Positions 21,231-28,886 of a stretch of DNA of 64,000 nucleotides are shown here, one piece after another. Positions within the stretch are counted from its first letter, which is position 1. The number at the start of each line of letters is the position of its first letter. The notes beneath the pieces are model-generated. The model saw nothing but the letters and a program-made list of their open reading frames with translations. It was not told the origin of the DNA and did no database searches. Source of the DNA: Bacteroidota bacterium (lineage in GTDB: Bacteria > Bacteroidota > Ignavibacteria > UBA10030 > SZUA-254); contig JAGVIE010000017.1 of assembly GCA_020056225.1 (NCBI GenBank), positions 251 through 64,250 of the forward strand, written 5' to 3'. Both the position numbers and the translations under genes were made by a program.

Positions 21231-21328
21231 AATGAATATCTTTTCACTCTATCGGTATCGTTTTTATGTGCCGATAGAAACCAAACCAAGCGCTCAGGTA
21301 AGCCCCCGACCTGAGCGTTTTGCTTTTT
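21231..21328 (+). ncRNA. Candidate small RNA or tRNA leader with two hairpins and an intrinsic terminator
   Basis: Hairpin 1 is tctatcgg...ccgataga (21248-21278). Hairpin 2 is gcgctcaggt...acctgagcg (21291-21317), followed by TTTTGCTTTTT. It lies directly downstream of the promoter and 38 nt upstream of tRNA-Ser. Confidence 0.3.
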
Positions 21329-21365
21329 AAAGAAATTCCCCTATATTTATTTCACAATAACGAAC

Positions 21366-21453
21366 GGAAAGGTGCAAGAGCGGTTGAATTGGCACGCCTG
21401 GAAAGTGTGTGACCGTCTAAAGCGGTCCGTGGGTTCGAATCCCACCCTTTCCG
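21366..21453 (+). tRNA. tRNA-Ser (anticodon GGA), type II
   Basis: GGAAAGG/CCTTTCC acceptor stem, anticodon stem CACGC/GTGTG with loop CTGGAAA, variable arm GACCG-TCTAAAG-CGGTC, and T-arm GTGGG-TTCGAAT-CCCAC. Confidence 0.8.
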
Positions 21454-21596
21454 CTGTTTAGTGTAATTATACTTTTATTTAATTGTACGTCAATACAGAA
21501 TCCGGTTTCTCCACAAATGCTCGCGCGCCGGATACAATGAAACCGAAAATATTTTTATATACCTAACTACTGAGATCGAATAAAGCTATTATTTAT

Positions 21597-22910
21597 ATGC
21601 TCTTCTTCTCAAAACACATTCAGAAATATTTTCACCTCCCGGTTATTCTTTTTCTTTTTATCGCGCCATCCAATATCATCGCACAGAGTAACAACGTTTA
21701 CGTAATCTCGATAGATGGTGCCATAAATCCTGCTTCATCGGATTTCATTCATGAAAGCATTCAAAAAGCCGAGGAAGCAAACGCACAATGTCTTGTCGTT
21801 TTACTTAATACTCCTGGCGGATTATTGAAATCAACTCGAGTAATCGTATCGGAATTTTTGAATTCTCCCATACCGATCGTTGTATATATCTCACCCGCCG
21901 GCTCGCAAGCGGCATCGGCAGGAGTTTTTATAACACTTGCGGCTCATATAGCAGTGATGTCACCCGGAACAAATATCGGCGCCGCTCATCCGATTACAAT
22001 CGGCGAACAAAAAGATTCTATCATGCTGGAAAAAGCTACAAATGACGCCGCCGCTTTTATTCGTACAATAAGCGAGAAGCGTCATCGTAACATCCGGTGG
22101 GCTGAAGATGCAGTCCGCAAAAGTATATCCATCACAGAAACGGAAGCGCTCAAGGAAAACGTTATCGATACAATCGCGTTAAATTTAAAATCTTTGCTTG
22201 CAATAATAGACAATCGAGAAATTGAAACAGCTTCAGGGAGACGAATTCTTCATACAAAAGATGCGAGTATCACAAACATCGAAAAAACCTTTCAGCAAAA
22301 GATACTTGATATCCTCAGTGATCCGAATATAGCGTATATCCTAATGATGCTTGGCATTTACGGATTATTGTTCGAACTATACAATCCAGGATCTATTCTT
22401 CCCGGTATTGTCGGATTTATCTGTCTCGTATTAGCATTTTATTCAATGCATACCCTCCCGATTAACTATGCCGGCTTGGCTTTAATTCTATTTGCAATTG
22501 TTCTCTTTCTTTTGGAAATTACAATCGTAAGCCATGGACTTTTAACCATAGGCGGTGTTATTTCTTTAGCATTAGGGTCGATTATGCTTATACAAACTGA
22601 TTCGATGTTAGAGTTTGTTTCAATATCATGGGAAGTTATCGCAATAACTATATTGATAACTGTTGCATTCTTCGCATTTGCTATTGGTATGGGAATTAAA
22701 GCGCAAAAACGCAAGCCGACAACAGGTGTGCAAGGAATCATCGGTGAAATCGGTGAGGTTAGTCAAGACCTCCGCCCAGAGGGAACAGTAAAAGTACATG
22801 GAGAAATCTGGAATGCGACAAGTCTTGATGGAAACCTAAAGAAAGGCGTAAAAGTTAAAGTTGAATCGATTGTTAATCTTAAATTAAAAGTCAGAAAATC
22901 AGAATCATAA
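21597..22910 (+). CDS. NfeD-like membrane-bound serine protease (ClpP-class), stomatin operon partner
   Basis: Signal/TM region, then the ClpP-like fold VISIDGAINPASSDFI...LLNTPGG, multiple TM helices, and a C-terminal OB-fold beta domain. Lies 7 bp upstream of an SPFH gene. Confidence 0.8.
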   Translation: MLFFSKHIQKYFHLPVILFLFIAPSNIIAQSNNVYVISIDGAINPASSDFIHESIQKAEEANAQCLVVLLNTPGGLLKSTRVIVSEFLNSPIPIVVYISPAGSQAASAGVFITLAAHIAVMSPGTNIGAAHPITIGEQKDSIMLEKATNDAAAFIRTISEKRHRNIRWAEDAVRKSISITETEALKENVIDTIALNLKSLLAIIDNREIETASGRRILHTKDASITNIEKTFQQKILDILSDPNIAYILMMLGIYGLLFELYNPGSILPGIVGFICLVLAFYSMHTLPINYAGLALILFAIVLFLLEITIVSHGLLTIGGVISLALGSIMLIQTDSMLEFVSISWEVIAITILITVAFFAFAIGMGIKAQKRKPTTGVQGIIGEIGEVSQDLRPEGTVKVHGEIWNATSLDGNLKKGVKVKVESIVNLKLKVRKSES

Positions 22911-22916
22911 ACCAAT

Positions 22917-23690
22917 TTGGAGGAATCCATGGAAGCTGTATCGATATTTTTTACAATGATAATAATATTTGGCATCATCATTCTCTCAAACGCCATCCGA
23001 GTTTTGCGTGAATATGAACGCGGAGTCATATTTCGATTAGGCAGACTTATTGCTACTAAAGGTCCGGGTATCATCTTTCTGATCCCGCTTGTCGATCGTA
23101 TGGTGAAAGTAAGTTTGCGGACTGTTGTTTTAGATGTTCCACCCCAAGACGTTATTACTAAAGATAACGTCTCGATAAAGGTCAATGCAGTATTATATTT
23201 TCGTGTTGTGCAACCGGAAAAAGCCATAGTGGAAGTCGAGAACTTCCTGTTTGCTACCTCTCAGCTATCACAAACGACTCTCAGGAGCATTTTAGGACAA
23301 TCAGAACTTGATGAGCTTCTCGCACAGCGTGATAAAATCAATCGTATGCTTCAGCAAATAATCGATGAACACACCGAACCATGGGGCATCAAAGTATCTA
23401 ATGTTGAAGTGAAGCAAATCGATCTTCCGATCGAAATGCAGCGCGCAATGGCAAAGCAGGCAGAAGCTGAGCGTGAACGCAGGGCAAAAGTTGTTCATGC
23501 TGAAGGCGAATTTCAAGCAAGTCAGAAACTTTCAGACGCTGCGAGAATCATCAGTGAAACGCCGATTGCATTACAATTAAGATATTTGCAGACTCTCACT
23601 GAAATCGGCGCTGATAAAAATTCTACGATCATATTCCCCTTGCCTATGGACATTATTGAGCCGTTCCTAGAGCGTGCAAGAAAAAAGTGA
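22917..23690 (+). CDS. SPFH/band-7 (stomatin-like) protein
   Basis: N-terminal TM helix and the band-7 core [12 protein letters not shown]...[15 protein letters not shown], with a coiled-coil C-terminus. Classic pairing with NfeD. Confidence 0.85.
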   Translation: MEESMEAVSIFFTMIIIFGIIILSNAIRVLREYERGVIFRLGRLIATKGPGIIFLIPLVDRMVKVSLRTVVLDVPPQDVITKDNVSIKVNAVLYFRVVQPEKAIVEVENFLFATSQLSQTTLRSILGQSELDELLAQRDKINRMLQQIIDEHTEPWGIKVSNVEVKQIDLPIEMQRAMAKQAEAERERRAKVVHAEGEFQASQKLSDAARIISETPIALQLRYLQTLTEIGADKNSTIIFPLPMDIIEPFLERARKK

Positions 23691-23699
23691 TATTACAAT

Positions 23700-26075
23700 G
23701 TGATGAACCAACTAATATACGGTGCTAATCAAGAAGAAAAGATTGTAGCCGTACATCCAGCGAGCGAACGCACGGTAAAAATGTTCATCAGAAATCCAGA
23801 GGGAATTATCTCTAATGAAATAGAGTTTTTCCCTTTTTTCTTTCTATCGAATCAAAAGTACCTAAGCGATTACCCAAAGAAGCATTGGATTAAGGAACTT
23901 ACAGGAGAGAACTACTACCGTTATCTATGCGTATTTAACGGTTGGTTGGATATGTGGGATGCAATCCGCCATTGTTTGGAGCGTTATAATGAAAACGCGC
24001 CGCAGAAAATAGATTCATATACCGAGATGCCGGTTCTTCGTGTCCGCACCGACCCGGTTGCCCAGTTCTTGAAGCAAAGCGGCCGTACACTTTTCAAAGG
24101 AATGAAGTTCGATGACCTGCACCGAATTCAGCTTAGCATTAAAACCTATGTAAAGCACGGTTTCAAAATCAGCAATCCAAACCGCGAGGAAGATCGCATT
24201 GTTGCAATTGCATTGTCCGATAATCATGGATGGGAATATCAGATTACTGGAAAGAGAAAATCAGAGAAAGAAATGCTTCTCGATCTGATTAAAGTATTGC
24301 AGGAAAAAGATGCGGACGTTATTGAAGGACATAATAGCATCGATAAACATATTCACTATTTGATGACAAGATGTGAAATCCACGGCTTGGAATTCAATAT
24401 TGGCAGAGACGGATCAATTCCCCACCACTCTGAAGCGCGTTCTTTGTACGGAGAACGAACGGCAAACTACATTCCATATGAGATCGTTGGCAGACACGTA
24501 ATCGATACTGCCACATTATTGCAATCGTACGATTCAACGAAACACGAATTAGACAATTATAATCTAGAACATGCGGCACAACATTTCGGTATTTCAAAAG
24601 TAGATCGTTTATATATATCACCGGATCGTGTAAGCTGGTACAGTGACAACGAACCCGATAATCTTGTCCAATCCAGTATCGATGATGTGCGCGAGATACG
24701 TTTACTCAGTGATTACCTGTCACCGGATTATTTCCACCAAACTCAAATGTTGCCGTTTAATTATGCGACAGTAACACGTTTGAATTCTAACAATAAAATC
24801 GAATCTCTATTACTCCGAGAATATATCCGGCAGAAGCATTCTATTCCCCGCCCGGAAATCGGTTCTCAACCTCAGATTGGGGGTTCAGAAATATTTTACA
24901 GAGGTCTACTTGGACCGATTATCGATCTCGATATAGAATCAATCTACCCATCAATCATATTAGCACATAATATTGTACCGAAGAATGACACACTCGGTGC
25001 ATTCCCGAAAATATTGAACGGCTTAACGGATCATCTCAGTGATCTTAAAAGACAAGTTAAAATAGCAGACAACTCGTATTCTAATGTCACAAGTGAAGCA
25101 ACTGAAATAGGGCTTAAGGTCTTGATAAATTCATTCTATGCATATATTGGGAACAGCCGTGCACTTTTTAACGATTATAAAGCCGCACGGACTATTGGAG
25201 AGGCAAGGCAAGATATGCTTCGTCAACTTATGTCTGCAATAACCTCTTTGAATGGCAAAGTGATCGAGATTGATTCCAACAGTATATGTTTTGTCCCTCC
25301 TGTAGCTGTCAATACTGAAACAAAGGAAAAGGAATTGTTAAAGAATATTGCCAGATGCCTTCCTTCGGGAATAACTTTGCAGATGAATGATAGATATAAA
25401 AGAATGCTGAGTTATAAAAAGAATAACTACGTACTTTTAGGATATGACGGTAAGGTAACAATAAAAGGGTCATCCCTTATACCGAGAAATATCGAGAGAT
25501 TCGGCCGCGAATTCATTACTCAGTGCATCTCAGCCATAATGAATCTAAATTTTACCTCTGTCCACGATTATTACATCGACTGCAATAAAGCAATTGTCGA
25601 GCGCAAACTGAGCATCCAGGATTTTGCCCGCATAGAAATTCTCCGAGATACCTATGATGAGTACACACAATCCGTTAATCGGGGTGACCGGTACCGCTCG
25701 GCAAGCTATGAAGTAGCAATCAACTCGGGAATGAATTGGAAACAAGGAGATAAAATATCGTATTACATTACGGGTGATGATACAAGCATCAAAGGATTTG
25801 ATCAGTATAAAGCCGCTATTGACTGGGATAAGAATTTCAGGGATGAGAATGTCGGTTATTACCTAAAACGATTAGAAGAATTGGCTAAAAGATTTGCATC
25901 ACTATTTTCTGAAAAAGATTATCATGCGTTGTTTTCTGTTGATGACCTTTTCGGATTTTCACCTGAAGGTATACAAATCCAGACAACACAGATAAAAGAG
26001 GAACCAAAAGATCTCGACGAAGAAACTGAACAAATACAAGTCGAGCCAAGAATCTGGCTTGATGAAGAGATTTAA
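23700..26075 (+). CDS. Family-B DNA polymerase (E. coli Pol II-like) homolog with substituted exonuclease and polymerase catalytic residues
   Basis: Collinear with Pol II across its length. The Exo II region DADVIEGHNSIDKH aligns to DPDVIIGWNVVQFD, motif A LDIESIYPSII to LDYKSLYPSII, motif B KVLINSFYAYIG to KIIMNAFYGVLG, and motif C VIEIDSNSI to VIYGDTDST. The Exo I acidic residues are A/S, the Exo II Asp is His, and the motif C second Asp is Asn. The true start is probably the ATG at 23703. It sits 9 bp after the SPFH gene. Confidence 0.7.
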   Translation: MMNQLIYGANQEEKIVAVHPASERTVKMFIRNPEGIISNEIEFFPFFFLSNQKYLSDYPKKHWIKELTGENYYRYLCVFNGWLDMWDAIRHCLERYNENAPQKIDSYTEMPVLRVRTDPVAQFLKQSGRTLFKGMKFDDLHRIQLSIKTYVKHGFKISNPNREEDRIVAIALSDNHGWEYQITGKRKSEKEMLLDLIKVLQEKDADVIEGHNSIDKHIHYLMTRCEIHGLEFNIGRDGSIPHHSEARSLYGERTANYIPYEIVGRHVIDTATLLQSYDSTKHELDNYNLEHAAQHFGISKVDRLYISPDRVSWYSDNEPDNLVQSSIDDVREIRLLSDYLSPDYFHQTQMLPFNYATVTRLNSNNKIESLLLREYIRQKHSIPRPEIGSQPQIGGSEIFYRGLLGPIIDLDIESIYPSIILAHNIVPKNDTLGAFPKILNGLTDHLSDLKRQVKIADNSYSNVTSEATEIGLKVLINSFYAYIGNSRALFNDYKAARTIGEARQDMLRQLMSAITSLNGKVIEIDSNSICFVPPVAVNTETKEKELLKNIARCLPSGITLQMNDRYKRMLSYKKNNYVLLGYDGKVTIKGSSLIPRNIERFGREFITQCISAIMNLNFTSVHDYYIDCNKAIVERKLSIQDFARIEILRDTYDEYTQSVNRGDRYRSASYEVAINSGMNWKQGDKISYYITGDDTSIKGFDQYKAAIDWDKNFRDENVGYYLKRLEELAKRFASLFSEKDYHALFSVDDLFGFSPEGIQIQTTQIKEEPKDLDEETEQIQVEPRIWLDEEI

Positions 26076-26085
26076 GTTCGAAATC

Positions 26086-26493
26086 TTAATACTGAATATT
26101 TACTGTAACCCAATTTTTTACGTAAGCAACTATGTCTATTGTCGATGCGCCAGGTGTGAATAATTCTCCGACCCCCTTTTTCTTTAACACTTGGATATCT
26201 TGATCCGGTATTATTCCTCCTCCGAAGAGTAAGACATCTTTAAGCCCTTTATCTCTCATTAGATCGAGTATACGGGGGAATATCGTCATGTGCGCGCCGC
26301 TTAATATGCTGACACCTATTGCATTAACATCCTCTTGAAGAGCCGCTTCAACTACCATCTCTGGCGTCTTCCGGAGACCTGTGTAAATTACTTCCATACC
26401 GGAATCCCTAAGGGCGGCAGCAATGACTTTTGCGCCACGATCATGACCGTCGAGCCCGACTTTTGCAACTAATACTCTTATTTTTCTGTCCAT
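26086..26493 (-). CDS. Stand-alone cobalamin (B12)-binding domain protein (methylmalonyl-CoA mutase small-subunit-like)
   Basis: DGHDRG (DxHxxG) B12-binding motif within a Rossmann-like sequence, and an SxL...GG motif. Length 135 aa. Confidence 0.8.
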   Translation of the reverse strand: MDRKIRVLVAKVGLDGHDRGAKVIAAALRDSGMEVIYTGLRKTPEMVVEAALQEDVNAIGVSILSGAHMTIFPRILDLMRDKGLKDVLLFGGGIIPDQDIQVLKKKGVGELFTPGASTIDIVAYVKNWVTVNIQY

Positions 26494-26502
26494 AGCAGCT
26501 CC

Positions 26503-27096
26503 TTACAAAATTCCTAATGATTCTTGAAATTGTTGCATAGCAAGATAAAACTTTGCCAATGGAAATCCAACTACATTATAAAAACATCCGTCGATTTTTT
26601 CAACGAAGACTGCCCCGTAATCATCTTGTATTCCATAAGCGCCAGCTTTATCCATGGGTGATCCCGATCGGACGTATTCTTCAATTTCGTCGTTAGTCAA
26701 TAGTCTAAACGTTACATCTGTTACCGCATGATCTGTCAACGCCAAGTTCGAAGGTCTATCCAGTATAGTAAATCCGGTAAATACCCTGTGCGTTCTTCCG
26801 CTTAGTGTACGAAGCATGTTAATGGCATCTTTTTCGTCGGCTGGTTTTCCCAATATATTTCCATCAAGTTCAACAATCGTATCGGCTCCGATAACAAAAC
26901 CATTCTCAATATTTTTCCCGACTTCAACAGCTTTCCGATGAGATAGTATCTTTACATGATCGAGCGGCGCCTGGATGTGCTCGAAATCCTCATCGACTCC
27001 ACTTTCCTGAACGATAAATTCCAACCCGATTTGCCGCAACAAAATTTGTCTGCGTGGGGAACGAGACGCGAGGATTATCTTTTTCTTAACTAACAT
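26503..27096 (-). CDS. maf: Maf-like nucleoside triphosphate pyrophosphatase
   Basis: ILASRSPRRQILL N-terminus and conserved Maf core, 197 aa. Confidence 0.85.
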   Translation of the reverse strand: MLVKKKIILASRSPRRQILLRQIGLEFIVQESGVDEDFEHIQAPLDHVKILSHRKAVEVGKNIENGFVIGADTIVELDGNILGKPADEKDAINMLRTLSGRTHRVFTGFTILDRPSNLALTDHAVTDVTFRLLTNDEIEEYVRSGSPMDKAGAYGIQDDYGAVFVEKIDGCFYNVVGFPLAKFYLAMQQFQESLGIL

Positions 27097-27111
27097 TTAT
27101 TAATAATTGAT

Positions 27112-27145
27112 TGAATAAAAAAAGAGCGATTGAAATTTTCGCTCT
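27112..27145 (-). terminator. Rho-independent terminator after the 139-aa gene
   Basis: Minus-strand hairpin AGAGCGAAAATTTCAATCGCTCT followed by a T9 run. Confidence 0.55.
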
Positions 27146-27176
27146 TCAGATGAAATAAAACTCATGAAATAGATAT

Positions 27177-27596
27177 TTACCGAAACATCGCCTTGATGCT
27201 TCCCCATGTACGACGTACGCCGGATACATTATGATAAACTGTAATAGGTGCTTCGTTCAATGCCGGGAAGTAGCTTTCGCTGTCAGCAAATTTTACTTTT
27301 ATCCGGTAATAATATACAGTCGTCGTTCTTCTGAATGCCCATGTATCTACAAACTCATAACCTGAGGGACCTTTAGGAGTAATCAAATCAGAAATGGCAA
27401 CAAATCCACCTGAGTAACTCGTGCTTCGTAGAACTTCAAAACCGACAACATTCGCCTCGTTCTCAGTTACCCACGTGATGGTAACATTATTACCATCGCT
27501 CGATGCCTGTATCAATCCGGATTTAATGACATCGGCGAGAAGAATTCCCGATAAAAATAGAACAAAAAATATGTAAAGTAATGTCCTCTTAGCCAT
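27177..27596 (-). CDS. Small secreted Fn3-like protein of unknown function
   Basis: Signal peptide, 139 aa, with Fn3-like motifs (VTITWVTENEANVVGFEVLRS...YYYRIKV). Confidence 0.5.
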   Translation of the reverse strand: MAKRTLLYIFFVLFLSGILLADVIKSGLIQASSDGNNVTITWVTENEANVVGFEVLRSTSYSGGFVAISDLITPKGPSGYEFVDTWAFRRTTTVYYYRIKVKFADSESYFPALNEAPITVYHNVSGVRRTWGSIKAMFR

Positions 27597-27657
27597 AATT
27601 ACTAATTGAAGATATGAAGGAAGAAGGAGAAAGTCAAGTGTTTTTTGATATTTTCAG

Positions 27658-27741
27658 TGCGCGAGGCGAGACTTGAACTCGCATGCCCTTCCGGGCGCCA
27701 CCCCCTCAAGATGGTGTGTCTGCCAGTTCCACCACTCGCGC
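27658..27741 (-). tRNA. tRNA-Leu (anticodon GAG), type II
   Basis: The reverse complement has a GCGCGAG acceptor stem, anticodon stem CCATC/GGTGG with loop TTGAGGG, variable arm GCCC-GGAA-GGGC, and T-arm GCGAG-TTCAAGT-CTCGC. The two ORFs called here are spurious. Confidence 0.8.
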
Positions 27742-27810
27742 AAATTATATCAAAATTCAAAAGGATAAAGTAGAAAAAAGCTTGATATTCAAATTGATAC
27801 GGCGTTTTTG

Positions 27811-27883
27811 TGAACCCGGTTGGATTCGAACCAACGGCCCTCGCCTTAAAAGGGCGATGCTCTACCAGCTGAGCTACGGGTTC
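27811..27883 (-). tRNA. tRNA-Lys (anticodon TTT)
   Basis: The reverse complement reads GAACCCG-TA-GCTC-AGCTGGTAGAGC-A-TCGCC-CTTTTAA-GGCGA-GGGCC-GTTGG-TTCGAAT-CCAAC-CGGGTTC-A. Confidence 0.85.
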
Positions 27884-28109
27884 CTCACCAAATAATAGCA
27901 TTAAGCTTTATTTCAGCTTAAAAATATAAGAAAAATATTCGGGAGTAGCAAGAGGATTGTCATCTATTCTATCAATTTATGATGAAACGCCATTAGATTA
28001 ACGCTAACAGTATGCTCGTGGAGATGAAAATCGATGTTATATTTAAGCTCATGTCAATATGCGAATCATTTCCACTGTCGAATCAATCCTGAAAGTGAGT
28101 CGTAAATCG

Positions 28110-28829
28110 TTATCCTGCCGGTTCAATGCATGCCGATGTATCATCACGACTATTGTTTACCGCATACGAAACAATATACGCATCCATCTCATTCTCAGGA
28201 TAGGGATCTAACAAATCGTAGAGTGTTTCGAAATCTTTGACACCAGTTTCAAGCCAGAGCTTTAAATCGTTATCATTTAATATCACCGGCATCCTATTAT
28301 GAATTGGTTTCATTAATTCGTTCGGACTTGTGGTGATGATCCCCGCAGTTACAATCTTTTTCTCCTCTACTTCAATCGAACGCCATAAACCGGCAAGCGC
28401 AAATGGTTGTTTATTTTTCATTGTGATGCGATAAGGTATTTTCTTTACACCTTTTGGTAATTTCTCGCCCCTAACAAGACTCTCGTAACCCTTGGGTTTC
28501 TTCCACTCATAAAATCCATCAGCGACAAAGATACAGCGATTAGTTAATAATCGTTCCCGGAAGAATTTATTTCTCTCGATTGTATCATCCCGAATGTTTG
28601 CCTGAGAAGTGTTTGAATCATTATCTTTCTCACCCCATGGTGTGATGAATCCCCAAAACATATTCGTAAGGTAGCGCTTACCATCTTTTGATACGATAAC
28701 CGGAACCGATTGCCCCGGCGCTGCATTATAACGGGGTTTGAACCCATCAAAACCAGGCGCTACTTCAGCTTTGAATCGTTCAAGTACAAGTTCTACTCTG
28801 TCCGTTGTTATAGTAAATCTGCCGCACAT
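28110..28829 (-). CDS. SOS-response-associated peptidase (SRAP/YedK, abasic-site DNA-protein crosslink family)
   Basis: Invariant N-terminal MCGRF (catalytic Cys2), 239 aa. Confidence 0.8.
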   Translation of the reverse strand: MCGRFTITTDRVELVLERFKAEVAPGFDGFKPRYNAAPGQSVPVIVSKDGKRYLTNMFWGFITPWGEKDNDSNTSQANIRDDTIERNKFFRERLLTNRCIFVADGFYEWKKPKGYESLVRGEKLPKGVKKIPYRITMKNKQPFALAGLWRSIEVEEKKIVTAGIITTSPNELMKPIHNRMPVILNDNDLKLWLETGVKDFETLYDLLDPYPENEMDAYIVSYAVNNSRDDTSACIEPAG

Positions 28830-28886
28830 TTATTTTATGGAATAATGGATTAATGGAATGTTGGACCAATGCAGTGTTGGAGTCTA

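Noticed and set aside
27602-27901. A 99-aa minus-strand ORF and a 70-aa plus-strand ORF (27683-27895) in the track.
   Set aside because: Both lie entirely over the tRNA-Leu(GAG) and tRNA-Lys(TTT) genes and their spacer. The tRNA cloverleaves are unambiguous, so the ORFs are spurious.
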